Shown: positions 27,979 through 39,876 of the stretch, piece by piece
How positions within the stretch are numbered: the stretch's first letter is position 1
Layout: the number at the start of each line of letters is the position of its first letter
From: Takakia lepidozioides
Lineage: Eukaryota; Plantae; Bryophyta
Assembly: GCA_030704615.1 (NCBI GenBank)
Contig: CM060734.1
Span: 54,126,001-54,190,000 of the forward strand
Length of the DNA stretch: 64,000 bases
Reading direction: 5' to 3'
Made by a program: the position numbers and the translations under genes
The notes under the pieces: generated by a model
Database searches by the model: none
Told to the model about the DNA's origin: nothing
Seen by the model: the letters and a program-made list of their open reading frames with translations, nothing else

Positions 27979-30900
27979 TGTCGCACACCTAAGCATCGTG
28001 CCACAACATACATCGCTGTCCACCATACATTCTAAGCACACAATCTTAGAAAGCTATGCCACAATGATAATGAAAGTGAACACAATGGAAACACTCCACT
28101 CATGAATCCACTCAATCACATAAACTAAGTCAAGCCAAGGGCACCCTTGCTAAGGGAATCCACCCTACAAAGCCCTCATCACACTCCCTCTCAATACCTA
28201 GAGCTATGGGAGAGAGGCTCATGGAGGCTCAGCTATAAGAAGATGAGCCCTCCTCAACACTCACAAGGGGAAAATCCATCCCCACGTCCCAAGTGAGGTT
28301 TGATACCTCACTTGGCATGTGAGACCAAATGAAGTCCAAACACACAAAATACAAATATAAATATCCAAAATGTCTTAGTTAACTAGAAGGAGGCAGGGAG
28401 ATTCGCACTTGGCAGACAAATCTGGTTCTCAGCCGAAGAGAAGAAAATAAAGCGATAAGGAGGCAAGTGATGCTTGTTTGCTGAACCTGTAGCCCATAGC
28501 CAACCAAAGTAGCTGAAGGTCCCAATCTCCCAGGTGTTCCTTTTGCAAACCGTACTTATGCAAACCCCTCTTGACGGTCTGAACAACTCTCTCCACCAAG
28601 CCATCAGCCTCGAGATGATCCCAAGAAGTAGTGCGGTGATCTATCAAGGCTTGCTCACACAAAGCCTGAAACTTCCCCAAGAACTCTCTCCCCTGGTCCG
28701 TGAGTACCTCGGCTGAGCACCAAATTGGCTAATCACTCAATCTAAAAATGTATACACAACCCCCTCACTTACCTTGACAGGCAAAGACACTAGCTCAATC
28801 CATTTCGAGAAGTGTTCCACCATCATCAACACATACTTGTTGTGGCGCATCATCAATGGCAATGGTACCGCGAAGTCAAGACTCCATCGATATCCCAATC
28901 TCATGATGGGTAAAGGATGCAATTGTGGAGTAGGTGCATTAAAAGAAGCACACACCCTATCACACACCATGCACCTTGCCCCTAACTGTTGCACATCTGT
29001 GTGCATGCCCCGCCACCAATACTGCCATTGTAGCAAACTATGAGTGCGTCGCACCCCAAAATGTCCCAACTCCTTATGGGCATGGCGTACCAATCGCGCT
29101 CGTTGTGTTGGATGAGGCACAATTCTCACTTGTCCATCCTCCTATACTCGGAGCAGGTGAGTCCCCTCCCACTTGAACCTCTTGGCCCGTTGTAGGATCC
29201 GATCTCTCTCCTTAGCAGTCACACTGGCTACTGTCTCTCCGGTACGAAGGTAGGCCAACAGTGCTGCATCTTCATGTATATCTTTAGCACCACCAAGCTC
29301 ATCATTGATCTCTGGATCGTCATTGATCTCTATGACCAATCACATGGGATAGACCAGCTTGAGCTCCCATTGCTAGAATGCACAAAAAAACAGATACATA
29401 CGATCCTGGCACCATCTCCTCATCCGTCTCACCATGCCACCGAGCTCCAGTATCATCATGTTTGCTCATGCATGGATTACGACTCAACCCATCTGCATCC
29501 CGATTGACTACACCGGCTCGATGCACCCCCTGGATTGGAGCAATGTTCACACAGGTGGATGACGAGGTAAGAGAGTTCGTAGTGGCATATGCTAGCAGCT
29601 CGAACAATGATGTCGAGGCGAAGTATAGCTTATATGAAGGGGAGTGTTTAGCTGCGGTATGGACAGTGACACATTTCAGATGCTACCTCAATGACAATCT
29701 CTTCACCTTTGTCATGGATCACCAACCATTGAAGTGGTTGATGGAGTCAGACAAGCTTACAGAAAAGCTTGCACGATGGGCATTTATGCTTCAAGAGTAT
29801 CCCAGCATACTCTAATCTGTATGTAGCTGGAAAGGCCACCCCCGAATAGGCCGCCTCAGAATAGGTGCAGAAGTCAATCGAGCCTTGAGTTCCTCAAAGA
29901 CTTCCTCCTGCTCCTCCTCTTACTGCCACTCCTGACTCACCTTGGTCAACTTGGTAAGAGCCTTTGCAATGCTGCTAAATCCCTTGACAAACTGTCGATA
30001 GTAGTTTGCCAACCCCATGAAAGCACGAACTCTGCTAACAGCGATGGGGCGTGGAATGCGTGTAATGGCCTCCACCTTCATTTTTTGAACACCCAATCTT
30101 CCAAGGTATATCATGTGGCCCAGATACTTAATCTGGTTGTGGAAGAACTTGCACTTCCCAGGGTGCAATTTCAACCCATGCGCTCTCAAGCGCTCAAACA
30201 CCATCTGAAGGTGTCTCTCGTGTTCCTCAATCGTAGCACTAAAGATGATGATGTCATCAATGTAGCACCGGGCGAAGTTTAGCCCTGCAAGAATCCTATC
30301 CATGACCCTCTAAAACTCTGTAGGAGCATTCTTCAACCCAAATGGTAGGAACCGCCATTGGTACAAGCAATCCTTCCCATGTTGGTCAATCCCCCAGAAT
30401 GTCATCTTTTGCTTGTCAGCCTCTTTGATTGACAACTGATGATAACCGGATTGCAAGTCCAATGTACTAGACACCTTTGCATGCCCAATGGCATCAAAGT
30501 TCTCCTCTGGAGTTGGCATGACATATCTATCGGACTCTGTCTGACGGTTCACAGGACGGTAGTCCCCACACATCCTCCTTTCTGTCCAATTGCCATAGAT
30601 ATCCTTCTTAGCTGACATCACCGTTGTCGAGGCATACTCCCCGCCTGACAACTCCACCAATCCAGCTTTGAACAACTTCATAGTCCGTGACTAGATCAAA
30701 GAACTCTCAATATCACTATACCTGTAGGGCCTTCGAAAAATTGGCGTGACACTTGTCAAATCAATACGAATCTCCTGGCCCTTCATACTCCAAAAATCCT
30801 TCAAACCGAAGGCAAAACAATTTCTATAAGCCCTTAGAAATCGCTAGATCATCCGTCTCTCTCCTCCGATAACTGTAGGTCCAACATCTAGTTCCCAGTT

Positions 30901-32885
30901 GTCATCAGTGACTGCCCTTGGGTACATCAGGCTTGGAAGTAGGAGACGCATCCTTTGGTTGCTAGATAGCAACCTCTTGGGCTTTATCCGCCAACCCTGA
31001 CCGTGGCGTAGCCTCCACTTGCTCCGCCATAGCCACCTTGAGAACATCCTCTGGGGAAGAAACATTCTCAACCTCTTCATGAGCCTTTGTCACCTTGGCC
31101 TCCAACTGATCCTCCCGTGTGTATGGCTCTCCCCACTTCTCATATTACTCCTTGAGAGATCCAATGACTCTCTCTTTCCGCATCTCATCCCATATCTGCC
31201 ATGGGTGTTTGCACTCCATGATCCTGTCCTCGCCCCCACTCATTGTCTCAACCGTCCCGGTTGGCAGAGAGGATGCAATACCAAATGGGAGTGCAGAAGT
31301 AGCCACCATTGTCTGCAACCTCCGTTGCTCAGCCATGCACAAACTAATGAAACATGTCAAGCAATTTAGATCCATTGCTTGACCCAACACATGTAGTGCC
31401 CGTGACAAATCCCATTGCCCGCTCTTGCTCATCCGCATTGGGCTCCACCAATTGTTATAGCACACTGTCCCAAATCAACCCAGGACCATTGTCTCGAAGA
31501 ACATGAGACGAGGAAAAGCCAAACACAAGAAAATCAAAACAACAACACCCCCACATCAAAATCACTCCACAGTGTCGCTCTTGCAATGACATCCCAGCCC
31601 AAGCCTGGACTGACTCCTGTCTCCACCTACAGAAAGGTTTTGGCCTACAGAGAGGGTGAATGACTACAAAGAAGAGAGACTAAAACAATTCCTAATCCCA
31701 GCATGCTCTTATCCCACTACCCTATCTCTACACTCTCTTGTTTGAACAATGGACAAAACTACCTTTCAAGGGTCTCTCAAATAACTCTCCATGAGCCTTC
31801 AAGATGTCTCTCCAACAATCTCACTAAGACTCCCAAAGCTTGCACAATGGGACTCCAAACAGTACACCAAGGCCCCAAGAGCCTGCCAAAACTTGGCCCT
31901 CCAGGACCCCGAATAATCCCTCATACAAGTCGCCAAAGACTCCTCCAGCTCGCCAAATATTGGCCTCCAAGGACCCCAAACAGTCCTCCAAGGACTCCCA
32001 ACGGTCCTTCAAATAGTCCTCCAATAACTCCCAACGGTCTTCCAAATGGTCCTCCAAAGACCCCAAACAGTCATCCAAGGACTCTCAATGGTCCTCCAAA
32101 TAGTCCTCTAAGGACCCCAAACAGTCCTCCAAGGACTCCCAATGGTCTTCTTAATGGTCATCCTAATGGTCTTCCTAGGACCCCAAACAGTCCTCCAAGG
32201 ACTCTTCCTATGTCAATATGTTCCCAATGCGTTCCCAATGCATTCCTAAGTTCCCAATAGGTTCCCAAAGTTCCATAAGAATATTCTTGAGAATATGCCA
32301 TAGTATTCCCCCAGTATTTCTGTGGGCCTATATGTATTTTCCTTGTATTCCCCTTGTATTCTCTTTAGGAATAGCCATTTCCCCCTCATAGAGTAGTTCA
32401 TTTCCCCTTAGGGTTTAGCCATTTCCTCCTAAGCTTTAGCCACTTCCCCCTCTATTTCCTTGAGGTTTAGCGTTATCAAGCTAGGGTTTGTGCTCTTTGG
32501 GGCTCTATGCTTAACATAGTTGAGCCTCCATGAGCCTCTCTCACCTCCATAGCTCTAAGTATTGAGAGGGAGTGTATTGAGGGCTTTGTAGGGTGGATTC
32601 CCTTAGCAAGGGTGCCCTTGGCTTCACTTAGTTTATGTGATTGAGTGGATTCATGTGTGGAGTGTTTCCATTGTGTTCACTTTCATTATCACTACAAGAA
32701 GATGAGCCCTCCTCAACACTCACAAGGGGAAAATCCATCCCCACGTCCCAAGTGAGGTTTGACATCTCACTTGGCATGTGAGACCAAATAAAGTCCCAAC
32801 ACACAAAATACAAATATAAATATCCAAAATGTCCTAGTTAACTAGAAGTAGGTAATTCTAGTTAACCATGACTAAAATCATGACA
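27979..32885 (-). mobile_element. Degenerate Ty3/Gypsy LTR retrotransposon
   Basis: Minus-strand RT (RMCGDYR, LDLQSGYHQ, LPFGLKNAP, YIDD), then RNase H, then integrase (HHCC zinc finger, WSLDF, GLVERVVQT). Termini TGTCATG...CGACA; LTR-derived blocks shared between 28064-28390 and 32517-32848. Flanks cctg / catg form a 4-bp TSD with 1 mismatch in a site that reads gcaatatcatgtcaaag in an uninterrupted copy (~33992). Confidence 0.9.
31963..32205. repeat. Degenerate 12/21-bp tandem repeat inside the retrotransposon
   Basis: Repeated cctccaaggaccccaaacagt / ggtcctccaaat units, which produce the spurious PPRTPNS/PNG ORF at 31703-32260. Confidence 0.85.
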
Positions 32886-33539
32886 CATGTCAAAGTCACT
32901 CCAAACTAGATTCACTCAACCAGATAACTTGCAAAATTCAACATGCACTACAACAGCGGCTTTTACGTCTCTGTGTTATGACTGCAAATGCAGTCATGGA
33001 AGCCATTTACGACTTCCTGACTCTGCAGACGTAAAGACCTAGTCAGTTATGACATGGCAGATATGACTCTCCAGGCTGGCTATCACGTGGCGCCAGAGCA
33101 GCTGTGGGGGTAGTCATACACGCTGGCATTACTGAATGACTGAACGGGTCCATGTCAGCCGCTGTGTAATAGAGACACGTGCTCTCTACAGAACACGCCA
33201 CGTGTCAGACTGCGACGCCATCTGACTGCAGAGGAGGGAATCAGACGTCAGCATGTGTCGCATCGTGATTTTGACACGTGGTTCCTCATGTCAATTGACA
33301 CGCGTCGCTGTTGGGGGTTGTAGATTTACTTTATTGTTATTATAATTACTAAAATAATTATTATAATTATTTGTTATTATAATTATTATTACTGACCAAC
33401 ATGGGACAGTGGCACATTATTAAATAACGAATTTTTGAAATTATATTCTTAGATAAAATATTTATTCGCTCAGATACCAAAACACACCCTTACGGGGAAG
33501 GAGAGTTTGCCTTAGTGCCTGTGCTGAATTGCATCTGCT

Positions 33540-36500
33540 ACTGTTACCTGTTTATGGATACTTTTTTATTGTCACTTTGGCAGTATCATATCAAAGTCAC
33601 TCCAAACTATCTACCATCTACCCATGACCATCTACCCATGCAAGTTTCTTGTAGCTATCCTTCCACAGGGAATCATCAGTAATCTGGAGCTTGAAATCCG
33701 GCTTTCTTGGATGATCTGGACCCACACTCTATCCCTACTCCTTCAGCTATCCATGCCTCTGCATAGATCATGCATATATCCTTGCATTGCTGTTAGCAGC
33801 TCACAATGACAGCCTACATTTTACCACACAAGTTCTTATTCTCAATTGCATCTGTTACTCTTTGTAATCCAACAGGCATTTACCTTTTTGCCTCGGTTGT
33901 CCCACCATTGACTGGGGTCAGAAAAGTATTCATTCCACAACTTCCCCTCATCTCCGTTAACTGTTTTTCGATACTTTCCTGTTGTCACGTTGGCAATATC
34001 ATGTCAAAGTCACTCCAAACTAGATTCACTCAACCAGCTAACTTGCAGACATTGAAATTTAGGGCCGGTTCTGATAAGAGGGAAAAACAGGGTGAAATGT
34101 GTTGAAGAAGGTGCCTTTATTAACAGTGCTTGATTTTATCAATTGTGCCGCTACTCCTGCGGCTTCCAGTTCACCATCTACCCATGCAGGTTTCTTATAG
34201 CTAAATCCACAGGTAATCATAGGTAATCATGTGCTTGAAATCTGGCCCTCTTGGATGAATCTGGACCCATACTCTTTCCCTGCTCTTTCAGCTATCACTG
34301 CTTCTGCACAAATCATGCATACTTCCTTGCCTTGCAGCTGATAATGACAGCCTACATTTGTTCTAGGAAACACCCAACTCAGCTTATCACACTAGTTCAT
34401 ATGCTGAATTGCGTCTGCCCTCTATAATCTAACAGGCATTAACCTTTTTCCCTCGGTTGTCCCACCATTCCACAACTTCTCCTCGTCTCTGTGACCTGTT
34501 TCTGGATACTTTCCTGTTGTCACATTGGCATCATGTCAAAGTTCAGATCGACATCTAGTACAATTCCACCACGAACCTCTTTGCTATTTTGCAGGGCTGC
34601 CAGGCTTGCACACATGTTGCAAATGTAACAAACGCGATGTGGTTGCGCTGCAGTATCCCTTCCCACACCACTTGCTCATAGACCTCTCCAAAGGGCCTCC
34701 ATCCCGTGCCGCTGTTGTGCATATCCTGGGATCATCATCCTCCATGCACCCCAATTTGGCATACAAGTCCACAAGGGCATAGTTCAGAACAACATTTGTT
34801 TAATTCCAGCTTGGACGATCAACATCACAAACCCCGTCTTCACTCATTGCCTACTCTAGGTAAGTGCAATTATGGGCTAGGCTGGTACCACATCTCATTC
34901 AGCCATATTATCAAAACAACCATGTATCCTTGTAGTTGCACCCTGCAACCTTGGCATACATGTCCACTACGGCAACGTTCAGAATCACATCAAATACAAT
35001 ACCAGTTTTGACAATATCACCGTGGACCTCTGTACCATTTTTCAGGGCTGCCAGGCGTGCATTTGACATACATATCCACCAAGGCAGTGTTTAGAGTGAC
35101 ATCTAGTGGTACAATTCCAGATTTGATAATGGACCTTTGCGTCCTTTCCAGGGCTACCAGGCTCGCATTTGACATACATGTACACCAGGGGAATGTTCAG
35201 AATGACATCAGGTACAATTCCAGCTTTGATGATGTCACCATGAACCTCTTGGCCCCTTCCCAGGGCTGCTAGGCTCGCATATGCATATTAACAAACACAA
35301 ATGAACATGACCTGGTTTGGCTTCATCCTTTCCCACATCATTTGTTCTTAGGTTTCCAAAGCCTTACTCCCACACCTATGCTACACACACCTTACAATCA
35401 TGGCAGTCCACAACACCACATCTCATTTAGCCATGTTGTCGAACTCTCCCTTTGCATCAGGCTTGCTGCACCCACATTTGGCATACATGTCCACTAGGGC
35501 AGTGGTCAGAATGACAACTAGTACAGTTTCAGCTTTGACGATGGCACATGGCCAAGAGATATCCCAATATCCCGCTACCAATGGGTTCAATGCATACTCT
35601 TGTCACATTGGCAGTATCATGTCAAAGTCACTCCAACTAGATTCACTCAACCAGCTAACTTGCAGAATTGAACATGAAAATTTAGGGCCGATTCTGATAA
35701 GAGGGGAAAATAGGGTGAAATGTGTTTCAGAAGGTGCCTTCATTAGCAGTGCTTGATTGTATCAATTGTGATGTTGCTGCTGCGGCTTCCAATTGACCAT
35801 CTACCCATGCAGGTTTCTTGTATCTATCCTTCCACAGGGAATCATAGATAATCTGGAGCTTGAAATCTGGCCCTCTTCCACACTCTATCCCTGCTCCTTC
35901 AGCTATCTATGCCTCTGCACAAAATCATGCATACAACAATCATTCCAGCAAACACCCCCAACCCTACTTATCAATGAGCAACGAGCTAACTTACATAATT
36001 CAATATGCATCTCAAGGCCGAGTCTGATGAGAGGGCAAAACAGGCTGAAATAGGTCGAAGAAGAACCCATAGAGGATTTGACCGACCATCAACCCAAAAG
36101 GCCTCTTGTGTGTGCTGCTTGTGTCTTGTAGTCAGGTAATGTCGGATTGGTCTGTGAGAACCAGCACGGTGCAGATGATCAGGCAGAGATTGAAACACGG
36201 CCTGCTAAGACCAAGCTGACTCTCCCAAGAACCTTGAAACATCAGGAAGAATACCAAATCATGGTACTAACAGGAGCCAACAGCCCACATTTGCAGGATG
36301 GACAAACTTCTTCACATCGTACATTAAGGAAAAGCCACACCTTGCCATTGCGGTTGTCGCACCATCGTGAAGGATCTTTAAAAATCTCATGCCAACTCTG
36401 CTCCGTGCTGCAAATGAAGGGCCGAGTCTGATGAGAGGGCAAAACAGGCTGGAAGGTGCCCTCACCACATTGTCCTCGACCTTGTGTCATGGCCCATGGA

Positions 36501-37005
36501 GGATTTGACTGACCATGAACCCAAGAGGACCTCTTCAGTGTGCTGCTTGTTTCTGTAGTCAGGTAATGTCGGATTGGTCAGTGAGAACCACCACGGTGCA
36601 GCTGAGTGGGCAGAGATTGAAACACGGCCTGCTAAGACCAAGCTAACTCTCCCAAGAACCTTGTAAACATCAGGAAGAATACCAAATCATGGTACTAACA
36701 GGAGCCAACAACCCACATTTGCAGGATGGACAAACTTCTTCACATCGTACATTAAGAAAAACCCACACCTTGCGATTGCGGTTGTCCCACCATCGTGAAG
36801 GATCTTTTAGAAACTCATGCCAGCTCTGCTCCGTGCTGTAAAATCAGGGCCGAGCGGGTAGAGATTGAAACACGGCCTGCTAAGACGAAGCTGACTCTCC
36901 CAAGAACGGCGGGCTCCTAGCCGAAACCTCCTCACACACATACCGTAGCGTTTCTAGGGTTGCTTGCTCCAAATGCGAAGGTTGATCCAACTGCGGGCCT
37001 CCCAT
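33540..37005 (-). pseudogene. Degenerate OSB-type PDF-motif array plus PLS-PPR gene carried inside the CACTA element
   Basis: Exon pairs encode PDF motifs: TEQSWHEFLKDPSRWWDNRNRK (36835-36769; copy 36407-36341), TNPTLPDY..HKQ..EAFWVDGRSNPLWV (from 36151), KLWNEYFSDPSQWWDNRGKK (~33960-33883), IHPRGPDFKHMIT..LWI..KKPAWVD (~34260). PPR block 35595-34560 (TALVDMYAKCG, MDLYAKLGCMEDD). Many stops and frameshifts. Confidence 0.78.
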
Positions 37006-37150
37006 GCATGTTTGCCCTCTCTCCCGCTCGCTCGCTCTAAGTCCCAACCCTCTCTCTCTCTCCCTCCCGCTCGCTCTAAGTCTGTTCACGCTACCGTGAT
37101 GGGCAACTTTTTAAGTTTTTTAACCTTTTTGTAAACCCTAAAAGCCCCTC

Positions 37151-37365
37151 TTTGATTTTTTTTCTTTTTTTTCTTTTCTTAAAGGAAACCACAGGTCCTT
37201 GAGGAGGGGGGAAAATTCACCCGCCTTCATTTATGGGCCATAAGACGTACAGGACGATCAACACCCAGACATACTGTCACGAACAATCCCACACACGGGA
37301 TAAAGCAGCGGGTTTGAACCCCAAACCACCAGGGCGACACACTGTGCACTTACCAGCCGATGTGT
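37151..37365 (-). mobile_element. tRNA-derived SINE-like element, copy 1
   Basis: Minus strand shows an A-box-like tcggctggtaag, a B-box ggttcaaaccc and an A-rich 3' tail. Homologous to 39390-39510. Confidence 0.6.
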
Positions 37366-37899
37366 TTTTTTTTTTTTTTAAATTGCATTTTGTTTTTAAA
37401 AAAAATTGATTCTAGTGGTCAGAGTCTCCGTTTTTTCAAAATATAAATACTCATATATTATATATATAACCAGAAAAGCATGTGTTGACATGTGCAGTCA
37501 TGTAGTGATTCATCCATGTGATGATCTGGCAGAATGCGTTAGAGTGAGAGTCATGAAGTCATATGTCTTTCTAGCAATATACACACGTCATTCTAGTGTA
37601 GCCATGACCGTGACTGGTAGTCATATCTGCCATGCCAATATTCGTGGTCAAACATGTTTGGCATGTGTTCCGCAGAGTCCGGAGCCATGCAGTCGCATAT
37701 ACGCCTTCCCCAGACCTGCATTATGACTTCAAAAGCATTTTACGACTGCAAATGGCATTTCTGCCACAAATCTGTCATGACTGCGCACGCATGGGAGTCG
37801 TAAAAGCCGCAATCTGTTGTAGTGATGGAAATTTAGGGTCGATTCTGATAAGAGGGAAAAACAGGGTGAAATGTGTCGAGAAAAGTGTTTTCATTAGCT

Positions 37900-38645
37900 G
37901 CGCCTGATTTTATCAATTGTGTCGCTGCTGCTGCGGCTTCCAGTTGACCATCTACCTATGTAGGTTTCTTGTAGCTAAATCCACAGGGAATCATACGTAA
38001 TCTTGTACTTGAAATCTGGCCCTCTTGGATGAGTCTGGACCCACACTCTATCCCTGCTCCTTCAGATATCCATGCCTTTGCACAAATCTTGCATACATCT
38101 TTGTTTTGGTGCTAGCAGTTGACATTGACAGCCTAGATTTTTTCTAGGAAACACCCAACTCAACTTATCACACTAGTTCATATGCTCAATTGCATCTACT
38201 ACTCTCTGTAATCCAACAAGCATTCACCTTTTTGCCTGGATTGTCCCACCATTGACTAGGGTCAGAAAAGTATTCATTCCACAGCTTCTCCTCGTCTCTG
38301 TTACCTGTTTCTGGATACTTCCATGTTGTCACATTGGCAGTATTATGTCAAAGTCACTCCAAACTATCAATGGTTCACTCAACCAACTAACTTGCAGAAT
38401 TCAACACGAAAATTTAGGACCAATCCTGATAAGAGGAAAAACAGTGTGAAATGTGTTGAAGAAGAAGGTGTCCTCACCACCTTGTGTCATGACCCATGGA
38501 GGATTTGACTGACCCAGCCCAAAAGGACCTCTTGCGTATGATACCTGTGTCTGTAGTCAGGTAATGTCGGATTGGTCTGGGAGAACCACCACGGTGCAAT
38601 TGAGCAGGCAGAGATTGAAACACGACCTGCTAAGACCAAACTGAC
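37900..38645 (-). pseudogene. Host copy of the PDF-motif array (5' part of the gene interrupted by the CACTA and Gypsy elements)
   Basis: Exons ~38575-38478 (TNPTLPDYRH...NPPWV), ~38320-38227 (RDEEKLWNEYFSDPSQWWDNPGKK) and ~38034-37900 (THPRGPDFKYKITYDSLWI...). Confidence 0.75.
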
Positions 38646-39389
38646 TAGACCACAAGGCCAATGTAATAGAGCCCTAGCTCTTCAAAAAGAGTAGATCGAC
38701 CCAGTGATCATACCACGTGCATACTTATCTACTTTGGAGGTCATCATATGCATTGGCCCTCCGAGTTGCTTGGTCACCCCCTGTTGAAGTTAGAGTTTTA
38801 AAAGCCAAAAAGACCCACTGATACAGAACCTCTCCAATAACAACAAAAATCTTTCCCTGATCATCTCTTTCTCTATTCATACATTACTGATGCAAGTACA
38901 GAGAACAACTCCATAGAAATATGAAAAAATAATCTGAACAGATGTTGCATTAGTCTGAGTTAAACCTACCTACAGCATGGCTTGGTATCCTGATTTTGGA
39001 TGTATCTATTATATACAAACTAAGTGGTTGTTCTTATCTTGAGGTTTCACTTCTTATCTCGTTCTCCTTTTTGCTTACAGTGACATGGGTGGAGAACTAC
39101 TTGGTTTGGCCTTAGCCAAATCCACGAAGAAAGCATCAGTATTGTCTGACTTGTTGAGCGATGAGGAGGAAGGCATGTACAGTGGTGGCAAGAATCATGA
39201 CCATGAGATAGCTAGTAAATACAAACGTGGCCATACTGATGGAAGTACTCAGGACAGTGATCCTGCTCGAGCGTGTGACCATGGATTTGAAGATGTAAAT
39301 CAATCACCGACTGGTAAATACCCTTTCAAATGAAATTTAGGTCTCGTATGCGACCTCCAATGAATGATTTAATGTTGCGGGCCATGGAG

Positions 39390-39510
39390 GCACACAGAAC
39401 TCATAACATCCAGACAGAACACCACGAACAATCCACACACACGGCAGAGCAGCGGGTTTGAACCCCGAACCACCAAGACGACGCGTCGTGCACTTACCAG
39501 CTGATGTGCT
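39390..39510 (-). mobile_element. tRNA-derived SINE-like element, copy 2 (partial)
   Basis: cacgaacaatcc..acacacgg..agcagcgggtttgaacccc..accacc..gtgcacttaccagc.gatgtg is shared with 37279-37364; Pol III A/B boxes lie on the minus strand. Confidence 0.6.
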
Positions 39511-39627
39511 ATTATATTATGATTTGAATAGGAATCGCACAAGACACAACATTTTATTAATTGTTTTAGTAATTTGAAACTAGGCTTCCAATGAGCCTTG
39601 TTTTGTTTTCAAATTTGGAAAATAACA

Positions 39628-39876
39628 GGAGTGGCTAGTGAGTTTTGCAGGAAATAGCCATATTTTCTGTTCATCCACTGAAATTTGGACAGAATCATCC
39701 TCCTCTGTACTTTCATCCATGTATATCATTCATATTAGGCGAATTCATCCTCAGTTTTTTTTTTTTGGAGAATTTTGGTGATTTCATCCATGAGAAAATA
39801 GGGAATTTACGACAGAATATTCGATTTGTTTTTGAGGTCGAAAAAGTGCGAAATTTCGCCAGAAATGAAAACACTG
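39628..39876. mobile_element. Probable MITE / hAT-like end fragment
   Basis: AT-rich with repeated TTCATCC motifs; ends in GCGAAATTTCGCCAGAAATGAAAACACTG (CAGTG-type terminus). Matching left TIR not established. Confidence 0.35.

Larger units (their letters stand above)
32946..37824. mobile_element. Non-autonomous CACTA (En/Spm) element, 4.9 kb, carrying gene fragments (Pack-CACTA-like)
   Basis: TIRs CACTACAACAG(-)CGGCTTTTACG at 32946 and CGTAAAAGCCGCAATCTGTTGTAGTG ending at 37824. 3-bp TSD ATG at 32943-32945 and 37825-37827. ATGACT/AGTCAT subterminal repeats. Removing it restores the repeat consensus aacatg(a/g)aaatttaggg. No transposase seen. Confidence 0.92.

Noticed and set aside
31703-32260. 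185-aa Pro-rich extensin-like ORF
   Set aside because: It is the translation of the tandem repeat inside the Gypsy element.
39085-39333. Exon-like 82-aa ORF with splice sites
   Set aside because: Isolated, no partner exons found and no family recognised.
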